64,000 bases of DNA from positions 15,862-79,861 of the forward strand of contig CAJVXY010000007.1 of NCBI GenBank assembly GCA_913009895.1. Direction: 5' to 3'. The notes under the pieces are model-generated. The model did no database searches, was not told the origin of the DNA, and saw only the letters and a list, made by a program, of their open reading frames with translations. How positions within the stretch are numbered: the stretch's first letter is position 1; the number at the start of each line of letters is the position of its first letter. The position numbers and the translations under genes are program-made. Below, one piece after another: positions 54,948-64,000 of the stretch. The stretch is from an uncultured Acidiferrobacteraceae bacterium (GTDB taxonomy: Bacteria > Pseudomonadota > Gammaproteobacteria > Acidiferrobacterales > SZUA-150).

Positions 54948-55583
54948 ATGCAATTACGTATCACTGAAATATTTTATTCCTTGCAAGGTGAATCCAGGAC
55001 AGCGGGATTTCCGACGGTATTCATCCGACTGACCGGTTGTCCGTTACGTTGTAAGTATTGCGATACCAGTTATGCCTTCAAGGGTGGTGACAAACAAACA
55101 ATTACAAGCATCATAGAGAAAGTCACATCTTACGAGACATCATTTGTAACTGTGACGGGGGGTGAACCATTGGCCCAGTCGGGCTGCCACCATTTACTCA
55201 CCAAACTTTGTGACCAGGGATTTCAGGTCTCCCTGGAAACCAGCGGTGCGCTTGACATATCGGGGGTAGATCAAAGAGTGTGTATTGTAATGGATCTGAA
55301 AACGCCTGATTCCGGTGAATCAGGTAAAAACCTGTATTCAAATATTGAATTCCTCAAAAAAGATGACCAGGTAAAATTCGTTATCGGCAGTCGTGATGAT
55401 TATCTCTGGAGTCGTGATTGTCTGGCACAATACAATCTTTCTCGATTTGAGGTTTTATTTTCGCCTGTACATGAAAACTTGCCAGCAGCTGATCTGGCCG
55501 ACTGGATATTGGCAGATCAGCTAAAAGTTCGTATGCAGGTACAGTTACATAAAATCCTTTGGGGAGACGAGCGTGGCCGCTGA
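54948..55583 (+). CDS. queE: 7-carboxy-7-deazaguanine synthase
   Basis: EIFYSLQGE, CxxxCxxCDT, TGGEP, QLHK. Confidence 0.97.
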   Translation: MQLRITEIFYSLQGESRTAGFPTVFIRLTGCPLRCKYCDTSYAFKGGDKQTITSIIEKVTSYETSFVTVTGGEPLAQSGCHHLLTKLCDQGFQVSLETSGALDISGVDQRVCIVMDLKTPDSGESGKNLYSNIEFLKKDDQVKFVIGSRDDYLWSRDCLAQYNLSRFEVLFSPVHENLPAADLADWILADQLKVRMQVQLHKILWGDERGR

Positions 55584-56292
55584 AAAAAGATCAAAAGGCG
55601 GTTCAGGTAATTTGCCACGGGCGGTGGTACTTGTATCCGGCGGCCTGGATTCGGCCACGGTACTGGCGATCGCAAAAGCAGATAATTTTGATTGTTATGC
55701 ATTGAGTTTTGATTACGGTCAGCGACATCGGGCAGAGCTGGTAGCAGCAAAAAACATCACGCAGGCACAGACTGTTAGCCAGCACCATATTATGTCACTG
55801 GATCTGACCTGGATGGGTGGTTCGGCCCTCACAGATAATGCGATTCCTGTACCTGCACACACACAGGCAGATACAGCACAAATACCGATTACTTATGTAC
55901 CAGCCAGAAATACCATTTTCCTGTCGGTGGCATTGGGATGGGCCGAGGTATTGGGCGCCAACCGTATCTATCTTGGCGTCAATGCGGTGGATTACTCGGG
56001 TTATCCTGATTGCAGACCCGAGTTTCTCAGCCAGTTTCAGGCAACAGCCAGTCTCGGGACTCGTGCCGGCGTCGAGGGACAGCAAATTCAAATTCTTGCG
56101 CCATTGATTACCCTGAGTAAAAAAGAAATTATTATCCGTGGCCTGTCCATGGGTGTTGATTATAGCCTGACCTTGTCTTGTTATGATCCGGATGCGCAAG
56201 GGCGGGCCTGTGGTCGATGTGATTCATGTGGGCTGCGCAGGCAGGGTTTTGAACAAGCAGGTGAGGATGACCCCACCCAATATCAGGTATAA
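55573..56292 (+). CDS. queC: 7-cyano-7-deazaguanine synthase
   Basis: SGGLDS, YVPARN, GYPDCR, CGRCDSC. Confidence 0.98.
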   Translation: MAAEKRSKGGSGNLPRAVVLVSGGLDSATVLAIAKADNFDCYALSFDYGQRHRAELVAAKNITQAQTVSQHHIMSLDLTWMGGSALTDNAIPVPAHTQADTAQIPITYVPARNTIFLSVALGWAEVLGANRIYLGVNAVDYSGYPDCRPEFLSQFQATASLGTRAGVEGQQIQILAPLITLSKKEIIIRGLSMGVDYSLTLSCYDPDAQGRACGRCDSCGLRRQGFEQAGEDDPTQYQV

Positions 56293-56432
56293 CCCTATTA
56301 GTAGTACCGAAAAAGTCCGACAGTTAGCATTTCCGTATGGCAGTCTCTCCAGAAAATCAGTAGAATCCGGCCCCATTGACAATTTCACAATAATAACAGG
56401 CCCATCAGGCCGGATTTGAGAGAGGCAGTATT

Positions 56433-57641
56433 ATGGAATTTACCATCCACAACCAGGTTCTACTCATCATTTTTCTTACTGCTGCTGTTATGGGCGCAGT
56501 GGTGAACAAGACCAATTTCTGCACCATGGGTGCCGTGTCTGACTGGGTGAACATGGAAGACCTGGGCCGTATGCGGGCCTGGTTACTGGCAATAGCAGTC
56601 GCCATGCTGGGTGTTGTGATACTCGAGGCCACGAGCACAATTACATTGCCGACTAACACATTTCCTCCCTACCGAACGGCAAATTTCGCCTGGTTACGTT
56701 ATGTGCTCGGCGGCCTCATGTTTGGTATCGGCATGACACTGGGAAGTGGTTGCGGCAATAAAACCCTGATTCGTGTCGGTACAGGTAATTTAAAATCTGT
56801 ATTTGTGCTAATTATTATCGCTTTTATGGCTTACTTGATGTTGTGGGGCGAAGATCCTTTTTCACCCGGAGAAGGTATTTTCACTAATTATTTTTTGCCC
56901 TGGATTAGCCCCACCACGATCGACCTGGGGAGCAGAGGATTTGATAGCCAGGAATTGGGTGCGCTGGTTGGCGGGGCCATGGGCCAGGAGGACACCAGTG
57001 GTTACCATACCGGGATTGGCCTGTTGATTGGCATCAGTATTCTGTTTTTTGTATTCAAGTCAGGTGATTTTCGCAGCAGTTTCGATAAAGTTCTCGGTGG
57101 TGTCGTGGTTGGTCTGGCTGTACTCATTGGCTGGTATGTCACTGGCGGCAGTATGGGCGTCGAATGGAAAGAGTATGCCGATTTTGCCCCTGAGATTCCG
57201 AGTCGGGTTGCTGTCCAGTCCTTTACTTTTATCAGTCCCACGGGCGATTCCTTTCGCTATGCATTATCGCCGAGCAAATTGTCGTTCATTAACTTCGGTG
57301 TCATGGCGCTCGCGGGCGTCATTGTCGGTTCGTTTGTGTATTCTCTGTTCAGCCGTACTTTTCGCATTGAATGGTTCGCCAATAAATCAGATGTCATTAA
57401 TCATGCCGCAGGTGGCGCGTTAATGGGTGTCGGTGGCGTCTTGTCCATGGGTTGCACCATTGGCCAGGGAATTACCGGGGTCTCAACCCTGGCGCTGGGT
57501 TCTTTTCTGGTGTTTGTATCCATTGTTTTCGGCTCGGCACTGACCATGAAGGTGCAATTCGCCCTGATGGATGACATCGGCTTTTTTGCGGCCTTGCGGC
57601 AATCCCTGGCCGAAATGAAATTGTTGCCGAAAAAGGGGTAG
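56433..57641 (+). CDS. YeeE/YedE family sulfur-compound (thiosulfate) transporter
   Basis: Three conserved Cys motifs NFCTMG, GSGCGNK, MGCTIG; multi-TM. Confidence 0.88.
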   Translation: MEFTIHNQVLLIIFLTAAVMGAVVNKTNFCTMGAVSDWVNMEDLGRMRAWLLAIAVAMLGVVILEATSTITLPTNTFPPYRTANFAWLRYVLGGLMFGIGMTLGSGCGNKTLIRVGTGNLKSVFVLIIIAFMAYLMLWGEDPFSPGEGIFTNYFLPWISPTTIDLGSRGFDSQELGALVGGAMGQEDTSGYHTGIGLLIGISILFFVFKSGDFRSSFDKVLGGVVVGLAVLIGWYVTGGSMGVEWKEYADFAPEIPSRVAVQSFTFISPTGDSFRYALSPSKLSFINFGVMALAGVIVGSFVYSLFSRTFRIEWFANKSDVINHAAGGALMGVGGVLSMGCTIGQGITGVSTLALGSFLVFVSIVFGSALTMKVQFALMDDIGFFAALRQSLAEMKLLPKKG

Positions 57642-57674
57642 TTAATCAGGTTCTGGCGAATTGGGCTTATCTGA

Positions 57675-57703
57675 TTGACAGTTCGCCACTGGCCTTGGAT
57701 AAT
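57675..57703 (+). promoter_or_regulatory. sigma70 stable-RNA-type promoter
   Basis: TTGACA-N17-GATAAT with GC-rich discriminator GCCGCCGC. Confidence 0.65.
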
Positions 57704-57855
57704 GCCGCCGCTTTTAGTCGTTCCTTTCCCTTATGGTGCTTAATGATGCCGGGAACTAATTCCAGGGAATATTTTCAAGTGTTCTATCCTGACCAGTCAA
57801 AGAGTTGCTGGTCAGGCGATTTACCCCAAAGTTAACCATCAAAGTTAATTCTACG

Positions 57856-57931
57856 GGGGCGTTAGCTCAGTTGGTAGAGCACCGGACTTTTAATCCGATG
57901 GTCGCAGGTTCGATTCCTGCACGCCCCACCA
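57856..57931 (+). tRNA. tRNA-Lys(UUU)
   Basis: GGGGCGT/ACGCCCC acceptor, CTTTTAA anticodon loop, GGTTCGATTCC, encoded CCA; 76 nt. Confidence 0.97.
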
Positions 57932-57941
57932 TTTTCTATTT

Positions 57942-57970
57942 AAAAAAGCGCGTCAGTGACGGGCTTTTTT
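57942..57970 (+). terminator. tRNA terminator
   Basis: AAAAAAGCGCGTC-AGT-GACGGGCTTTTTT. Confidence 0.6.
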
Positions 57971-58028
57971 CTTGCCTGTTACCTAAGAATCAATCAGGGT
58001 GTATTATATTCATTGTGGGTTTTGAGCC

Positions 58029-58193
58029 TAATGGCGCTGACTTAAGCCTAATATCAGGTTTAAACATGGTTCCCCGTAGGTTGGACTGAGGAACGAAGTC
58101 CAACAGTGGCGCTTTATTTAACACTTGTGTTGGACTTCGTTCCTCAGTCCAACCTACAAAAAAAGACTTATTGGGCTTAAGTCAGCGCCATTA
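58029..58193. mobile_element. 165-bp IS4-type MITE with 11-bp target duplication
   Basis: 25-bp TIRs TAATGGCGCTGACTTAAGCC(T/C)AATA (24/25 match); GGTTTTGAGCC at 58018-58028 and 58194-58204. Confidence 0.88.
58076..58157. repeat. GTAG-family REP doublet (REPIN) inside the MITE
   Basis: Perfect 30-bp inverted repeat GTAGGTTGGACTGAGGAACGAAGTCCAACA with a 22-nt spacer. Confidence 0.88.
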
Positions 58194-58482
58194 GGTTTTG
58201 AGCCGGGTTTCGAGCTCTAGTCAGAGAGGGTAACCATCGCAGCGTCGGGTTCAGAAAACAGCAGGGCTGGATTGCCAGTGGTTTTAATCGAGTCTGGAAT
58301 ACTTCCATTTTCCCTTTTATTAGCAGAGCAAGAAAAGAATTCTATGTCTGTGTTTTTACTGGAATTACGGCAAAGTTTTAAAAATCCCCGGATCCGTCAG
58401 CCAGGGACAAGAAATATTTTTAGTCTTTCGCGCCCAAATTTGATATAAATTTACAAGTCATTAACAACAAAGAAGAAAACAG

Positions 58483-59496
58483 ATGTCAATTACAGCCAGA
58501 GAGATCCAGGAAAAATTTGGCGGAGAACTTATAGGTGATCGCGATGTAAGTTTGTCCGGTGTTAATAACCTGGAAAATGTTAAAGAGGGCGAGATTACTT
58601 TTGCGGAGAAGAGTAAATACCAGGAGCAAGTAGCGGCATCAGCTGCGGGGCTGGTTATCGTTACAGAAGACTTCCCGGAAACAAAAAACAAAAATTTATT
58701 AAAAGTAAAGAAACCGAAAGTGGTTTTTGCCCAGATTATGCACTTGTATCAGGAAGACGATGGCCCCGTGAACGGCATACACCCAACGGCTGTAATCGAT
58801 TCTGATGCCGAGGTCGCCAATAATGTCGCCATTGCTGAATATGTCGTAATACGCGCGGGTGCAAAAGTAGGCAAGGGGTGCCGTATTGATTCCGGCTGTC
58901 ATATTGGCGTCAATGTAACCCTGGGTGAGGATTGCTGGATTGGGTCGAATGTAACCTTGCAGGCCAGGTGTACAATTGGTGACCGTGTCATTATTCATGC
59001 TGGCACTGTCGTTGGTGCTGATGGTTTTGGTTATGCCTGGGACGGGGAGAGGCACAACAAGATTCCACAGCTTGGTAGTGTTGTGGTTGAAGATGACGTA
59101 GAAATGGGCAGCAATGTTTGTATCGACCGGGCAACGTTTGGCCTCACCCGTATTGGCCGTGGCACCAAGCTCGATAACCTGGTGCAGATTGCCCATAACG
59201 TGGATATGGGCGAACACATAGCTGTGTCAGCACAATCTGGCGTAGCGGGCAGTGCGACTATCAAAAATGGCGTGTTTGTGGGTGGTAACGTTGCAATATC
59301 CGATCACGTTACTGTCGGTGAAGGTGCCATGATTGGCGGTGCTTCGGGAGTGGCGCAAGATGTGGAAGCCGGTGATTTCGTCTGGGGTACACCTGCCCAT
59401 AACATAAAAAAGGTAATGAAAGAACAAGCTTGTGTTAGCAAGCTGCCCGGGATGATGAAAGATTTACGTTCTTTGATAAAAAAGAATAAAGAATAA
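58483..59496 (+). CDS. lpxD: UDP-3-O-acyl-glucosamine N-acyltransferase (LpxD family)
   Basis: Hexapeptide repeats; GADGFGY, KIPQLG, IDRA, KLDNLVQIAHNV. Confidence 0.92.
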   Translation: MSITAREIQEKFGGELIGDRDVSLSGVNNLENVKEGEITFAEKSKYQEQVAASAAGLVIVTEDFPETKNKNLLKVKKPKVVFAQIMHLYQEDDGPVNGIHPTAVIDSDAEVANNVAIAEYVVIRAGAKVGKGCRIDSGCHIGVNVTLGEDCWIGSNVTLQARCTIGDRVIIHAGTVVGADGFGYAWDGERHNKIPQLGSVVVEDDVEMGSNVCIDRATFGLTRIGRGTKLDNLVQIAHNVDMGEHIAVSAQSGVAGSATIKNGVFVGGNVAISDHVTVGEGAMIGGASGVAQDVEAGDFVWGTPAHNIKKVMKEQACVSKLPGMMKDLRSLIKKNKE

Positions 59497-59584
59497 TGAA
59501 CGGGCTGGTTTCCGCTCAAGACCACGCTGGTATCAAAAGAACTTTTTGTGTGGTCAGCCGGATTGTAAAAAATTCATGTTGCGC

Positions 59585-59626
59585 CCAAAACCTTCGATCC
59601 AAAACCTTCGATCTAGAACCTTCGAT
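59585..59626. repeat. 14-bp tandem triplication
   Basis: CCAAAACCTTCGAT x2 plus CTAGAACCTTCGAT, overlapping the stop of the OMP gene. Confidence 0.8.
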
Positions 59627-60257
59627 ATAAACTGGGAAATTCAAACCAGTGAACAATGCCAAAGCTGATGGCATCGTGGTTCAGGCCATTGGGGTCAAAC
59701 ATGTAACGGGTCCAGTTAATATTAAATGCGGTATATTCGCCACCATAAATCTCAACACCACCACCAAATGCTGGCGCGAATGATGTTTCCCTGATTTGGA
59801 TTGTGCCACCAGCCAGAATCGGTTTTTCGTAACGCCAGTTCATGTAACTGCCACCCGCGAGCACATAAGGCACAACACTTCGAAATGGGAGATCAAATCG
59901 AAAAAAGGCAGAACTCAGAAAATCAATATCAAAAGTGGTGCCATCATCAAGTTCCACTCCCTGTACTTTGACATATTGCACTTCTGCTGCAAAAAAATTG
60001 GTGAAGTGATAACCAAACTTTAACGCGAGCCCACTAACTTCACCATCACTTGGAAACGATTTATCAATAGTAATGGGGATGGTAACGCCCAATGGGTCGT
60101 CATATTCGGTTTCATATTTACTGAAATCCGAGCTGGTGCTTTGCAGGTCAATGCCAAAATAAAACCTTGGTGTTTCTCTGCTGAAGTCGCCCCGCGCGTA
60201 TAGGGAAGGCGCAACAAGCCACATCAGCAAAGCGCTAAATGTGATGATTGCCCGCAT
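59613..60257 (-). CDS. Outer-membrane beta-barrel protein (OmpA-like/porin family)
   Basis: AAGGAG RBS, signal peptide, amphipathic strands (FGYHFTNFFAAEVQY, PYVLAG, AFGGGVE), C-terminal Phe. Confidence 0.75.
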   Translation of the reverse strand: MRAIITFSALLMWLVAPSLYARGDFSRETPRFYFGIDLQSTSSDFSKYETEYDDPLGVTIPITIDKSFPSDGEVSGLALKFGYHFTNFFAAEVQYVKVQGVELDDGTTFDIDFLSSAFFRFDLPFRSVVPYVLAGGSYMNWRYEKPILAGGTIQIRETSFAPAFGGGVEIYGGEYTAFNINWTRYMFDPNGLNHDAISFGIVHWFEFPSLYRRF

Positions 60258-60550
60258 AATTATCTCCTTCAACAGTTAAAAATTGTCTATAAACGTCATA
60301 AAAACAACGAATATCTAATTTGAGAATAAGCTAGGGATTTGTCTTTGTAAAGAAAAAATATAAGAAAATTCGTTATATAGCGCGGATACTTCATTTACTT
60401 GCTCAAGTTAATTTACGGAACTGATCTATAAACACTAAAATAGTAATGAATATATCAATTCTTTATGCCTTTTATTTTATCTGGCATTTATCTGGTTTTT
60501 TGTCAGGGCAGGGCAGGCTCAATTTCATGAGACTTAATGAGTCAGCTATC

Positions 60551-61861
60551 TTAGCTGGATTTGAACAAGTCCTCCCGGATAGGCAGAAAATCGGTAGGAT
60601 TGATGTCGTGGGTCCCGGAGGGTAATACGGCCTTGATGGCCAATGGTTTGCCCTCCACACCAGGCAGGTTCGCCATTAAATCAATGACTTTAGGAGGTTT
60701 CATAGGTATCTTGCTTTCGGTCAGAATCATGACCACCTTGGGCTTCAGGCGCCGCTCGCGGTTAATAGTGGCCACGACACCAATACTGCCCGTAGTCATC
60801 TCAACCAAGCTGCCAATGGGGTAAATGCCCATACATTGAATAAATTGTTCAATTAGTTTGGGATCGAAATCCTTGTGTCGCCATTCATACATTTTTTTCA
60901 AGGCACCGTGGGAGGACATACCCTCGTGATAGGCGCGATCACTGGTGATGGCGTCATAACAATCCACGATACCGCCTATTTTGCCAAAGTGTGATATCTG
61001 CCCTTCTTTCAGGCCCTTGGCGTAACCCTCACCTGATGATCGTTCATGGTGGTAACGGGCAACGTCAATAGCAACCGTGTGGACGCCAGAGGTTGCCTCC
61101 AGGATTTTAACGCCTTCAGGTACGTGGCTACGCATAATATCGAACTCTTGTTCTGTCAGGCGCCCAGGCTTGTTGATTATGTCGTTAGGCACCTTCATTT
61201 TGCCGACATCATGCAGGAGCGCACCCAAGCCCAGTAGATTTAGCTGTTCTTCATCAAATCCCAAATGGCGACCAAATGCCAGGGCCAGTATTGAGACCCT
61301 GAGACTGTGGAGCGCGGTATATTCATCTTTTACTTTTAGCTGGCTCAGGCAGACCATGGCGTCCGGGTTGCGAATAATACTTTGTACCATGCTACCCACG
61401 GCTTTTTTGGCGCCCTCGGTATCGATACTTTTGCCAAGTCTGACATCATCAAGAATGCTGCGAATAACATTCCTGGTTTTAACAGTTGTTTCTGAAGCAA
61501 CCTCCAGCTCATCTTCCAGGGAGGATTTATCCTGATACCTGGGAGGTCGTGAGGCTGAAGATGACACGGTGGCTTTCATTTCCTGTTCCAGGCGCCGTGA
61601 AGTGTCGGCTTCAGACTCCTGTGAAGTTAAATCAATATGCCAATTCCCTAATTTATCGCCATCGCCATTGCTGTGATCAATATCCAGGCCTTGTTCAGTG
61701 TCTATAAATACGTATTCACAGTGTTTATTTAACTTGGCTATGTCTTCATCATCCAGTACTGCAAAGCCCTGGAAGAGAAAGGAGGTTTCGATCCAGGGTC
61801 GATCCAGCTCAAGGATATACATACCTATCTTGATTGCAGAAACAGGGATTTTTTTTCTCAT
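60551..61861 (-). CDS. HD-GYP domain protein with N-terminal DUF3391-like domain
   Basis: IGMYILELDRPWIET.F; HSLRV, LLHDVGK, HHER..G.GYA, DCYDAITSDRAY. Confidence 0.9.
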   Translation of the reverse strand: MRKKIPVSAIKIGMYILELDRPWIETSFLFQGFAVLDDEDIAKLNKHCEYVFIDTEQGLDIDHSNGDGDKLGNWHIDLTSQESEADTSRRLEQEMKATVSSSASRPPRYQDKSSLEDELEVASETTVKTRNVIRSILDDVRLGKSIDTEGAKKAVGSMVQSIIRNPDAMVCLSQLKVKDEYTALHSLRVSILALAFGRHLGFDEEQLNLLGLGALLHDVGKMKVPNDIINKPGRLTEQEFDIMRSHVPEGVKILEATSGVHTVAIDVARYHHERSSGEGYAKGLKEGQISHFGKIGGIVDCYDAITSDRAYHEGMSSHGALKKMYEWRHKDFDPKLIEQFIQCMGIYPIGSLVEMTTGSIGVVATINRERRLKPKVVMILTESKIPMKPPKVIDLMANLPGVEGKPLAIKAVLPSGTHDINPTDFLPIREDLFKSS

Positions 61862-61920
61862 AGATCTTTTGAACGCACATTCCCGGGTGGTTTGGATAAC
61901 GACCAGTAAACTTTAGCACA

Positions 61921-61937
61921 TGCAGGGATCGTGCCGG
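61921..61937 (-). promoter_or_regulatory. Candidate sigma54 promoter of HD-GYP gene
   Basis: Minus strand CCGGCACGATCCCTGCA (GG-N10-GC), 60 nt above the start. Confidence 0.4.
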
Positions 61938-62019
61938 TGATTTGTGCTTGTAAAGCAATGAGATAAGCGGGGGAAGCTCAGAATAGCAAGCGTTTCCCCC
62001 GTATTTTGGGAAAGATTCG

Positions 62020-62883
62020 TTATCCGCGCTTGTTTTTCATGAGATCATGAATCATGGGTGTCAGGATGATTTCCATGGCAAAACCCATTTTCCCGCCTGG
62101 TACGACCAAAATATTGGGTCGCGACATAAAGGAATCACTAATCATATTCAATAAATATGGAAAATCCTGTTTTTCCCCATCTCTGAAACGGATGACCACA
62201 AAACTTTCATCCGGGGTAGGAATATCCCTGGCAATAAAAGGGTTTGATGTATCAACTGTGGGCACGCGCTGGAAATTAATATGGGTGCGGGAAAATTGTG
62301 GCGTAATGTAAGTCACATAATCAGGCATACGACGCAGGATGGTATCGGCGACTGCCTCTGGTGAATAACCTCGTTCAGCGGTGTCACGATGGATTTTCTG
62401 GATCCATTCCAGGTTGACGATCGGCACGACACCAACCAGTAAATCCACCCATTGGGCAACATTTGATTTGTCGGTTGCGACACCGCCATGCAAACCTTCG
62501 TAAAATAATAAATCTGTGTTGTCAGGCAGTGGTTCCCAGGGGGTAAACGTGCCAGGGTCCTGTTTATAGGGCTCTGCCTCCTCATCGCTATGTAAATAGT
62601 AACGGCGTTCACCGGTACCATCTTTGCCATATTGATGAAATACGTCCTCTAGTTTGTCAAACAGGTTGGCATCTTCACCAAAGTGACTAAAGGGTTTTAC
62701 GCCTTCTGATTCAGTCACCTTTTGTTTCATTTCATTGCGGTCATAGCGGTGAAAACTGTCACCTTCAATGATGACCGGGTGTATTTTTTCACGCCAGAAA
62801 ATGTGTTCGAATGCCCTTTTTACTGTTGTTGTACCGGCGCCTGAAGAGCCTGTGATAGCAACAATTGGATGTTTAGCTGACAT
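62020..62883 (-). CDS. prkB: Phosphoribulokinase (proteobacterial class)
   Basis: ITGSSGAGTT, EGDSFHRYDR, YEGLHG, PQFSRTHINFQRVP. Confidence 0.96.
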   Translation of the reverse strand: MSAKHPIVAITGSSGAGTTTVKRAFEHIFWREKIHPVIIEGDSFHRYDRNEMKQKVTESEGVKPFSHFGEDANLFDKLEDVFHQYGKDGTGERRYYLHSDEEAEPYKQDPGTFTPWEPLPDNTDLLFYEGLHGGVATDKSNVAQWVDLLVGVVPIVNLEWIQKIHRDTAERGYSPEAVADTILRRMPDYVTYITPQFSRTHINFQRVPTVDTSNPFIARDIPTPDESFVVIRFRDGEKQDFPYLLNMISDSFMSRPNILVVPGGKMGFAMEIILTPMIHDLMKNKRG

Positions 62884-63101
62884 GAATAGTCTCCAATAAC
62901 CTTAAATTCGCGAACGCGCATTCTACAACAAGGTGTGAAACAGATGCCATGATCAGGGGCTAATAATTGCATTTTTTTTTACTTAAATATTTGATAAAAA
63001 ACAATAGCTTACGTTTTTTGCCCTACTTTGATTAAATGCGGCTTGAGTGTAAGCCGGGATTATCGCCATAATCGACCACAATCAATAATAACCAAACAAT
63101 C

Positions 63102-63527
63102 ATGGGGAACAGGATGTTATTTAAATCTAAACTAGCGATAAAAACCTTAATATTTTTAGTTTTTTCTGGTTTTATTGGCAGCCAACTGCTGGCGGGCGAG
63201 GTCACGATAAAAAGGGTCGTTTTTGAAAAACATGCAAATGGTTGGACGGTTGATACCACCCTGTTGCACCAGGACACCGGCTGGCAGCATTATGCCGATG
63301 CCTGGCGCGTGGTTGATGGCAAAGGCAATATCCTTGGCACCAGGACCCTGGTGCACCCACACGTGGATGAACAGCCTTTTACCCGGAGCCTGAGCAATAT
63401 CAAGATTCCAGCAGCCCTGGACATTGTTTACGTGGAGGCCCATGACAAGGTACATGGCTGGTCTGCCGACAAGGTCAAGGTTCAACTCGGCAAAAAGCAG
63501 GGTGACCGGTTTAAAGTAATAAGATGA
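63102..63527 (+). CDS. Conserved-looking exported His-rich hypothetical protein
   Basis: Signal peptide; HQDTGWQHYADAW, RTLVHPHVDEQPFTRSL, AHDKVHG. Confidence 0.75.
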   Translation: MGNRMLFKSKLAIKTLIFLVFSGFIGSQLLAGEVTIKRVVFEKHANGWTVDTTLLHQDTGWQHYADAWRVVDGKGNILGTRTLVHPHVDEQPFTRSLSNIKIPAALDIVYVEAHDKVHGWSADKVKVQLGKKQGDRFKVIR

Positions 63528-63550
63528 TTTTTGATCAGGAATCATAAGCC

Positions 63551-63581
63551 AAAAAAAACCCGGCACGAGGCCGGGTTTTTT
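63551..63581. terminator. Bidirectional intrinsic terminator
   Basis: AAAAAACCCGGC-ACGAG-GCCGGGTTTTTT. Confidence 0.88.
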
Positions 63582-63602
63582 AAAAGTTTTTACTGAGTAC
63601 TA

Positions 63603-64000
63603 CTAAAGCTTTTTATAACCCGGGTTTGCTCCCAGCCCTTTTAATTTTGGCGTATTGAGCTCCTTAATAGAGACAGTTTTCTGGTCCCGTAAGTACTCGG
63701 AGACCACGTCCCATATTTTTTTACCTTCTGGTTGTTCCCTGACACTGGCCCAACCGGCAACGGAATATTTTTTGTTGGCATCCAGCGGTTTGCCATTTAA
63801 TTCCATATCCGAGATGCGGCTGCCAATCTTGTTATTAGGTGCGATTGAGTATTTTAACCCGCCAATCCTGACCATATCCCCACCCATTTGATAATAGGGG
63901 TCCGGATGGAACAGGTTATCGGCCACATCCTCGAGTATAATCTTGATTGTTTCACCGCTAAGTTTGTTTAGCGTTGACTCACCATAAGTAATCGCTGTTT
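63603..64000 (-). CDS. soxB: Thiosulfohydrolase SoxB (3' end; start lies outside the window)
   Basis: TAITY..ILEDVADNLFHPDPYYQMGGDMVRIGG..VAGWASV. Confidence 0.9.
   Translation of the reverse strand, partial: TAITYGESTLNKLSGETIKIILEDVADNLFHPDPYYQMGGDMVRIGGLKYSIAPNNKIGSRISDMELNGKPLDANKKYSVAGWASVREQPEGKKIWDVVSEYLRDQKTVSIKELNTPKLKGLGANPGYKKL

Noticed and set aside
57856-60300. Genomic island integrated at tRNA-Lys
   Set aside because: No integrase and no duplicated tRNA 3' end seen in the window.
60258-60550. c-di-GMP riboswitch near the HD-GYP and OMP genes
   Set aside because: The conserved GGCAAA..GAAA..GACGCAAAGC pattern was not found on either strand.

Overview
Core chromosomal segment of a gammaproteobacterium, most likely a sulfur-oxidising autotroph (soxB, phosphoribulokinase, YeeE/YedE transporter). 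1-21.5 kb holds the 3' part of rpoC and an uninterrupted str-S10-spc-alpha ribosomal protein cluster. It is followed by a Na+/solute symporter, an OmpA/MotB lipoprotein, uvrA-yajR-ssb, a DUF5666/DUF6502/DUF5666 module, hinT, fetAB, an HU-family gene, an Aas-like gene with a decayed synthetase domain and a Tat amidohydrolase. Next come fmdB-DUF502-aspS, an inserted lipoprotein with seven near-identical 48-aa repeats, nadA, yebC-ruvCAB, tol-pal-cpoB, queEC, yeeE, tRNA-Lys, a stand-alone lpxD, an OMP beta-barrel, an HD-GYP protein, prk and the 3' end of soxB. No CRISPR, prophage or transposase gene is visible. The most unusual signal is non-coding: five related cassettes (four of exactly 48 nt, one partly deleted) with GGA-loop hairpins, inserted without target duplication into REP palindrome loops and into each other at GGTA|G, at three loci. 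Other leads are a palindromic operator on the DUF5666/DUF6502 promoter, an IS4-type MITE carrying a REPIN, and diversified propeller repeats. All family assignments are from motif recognition, not database searches.
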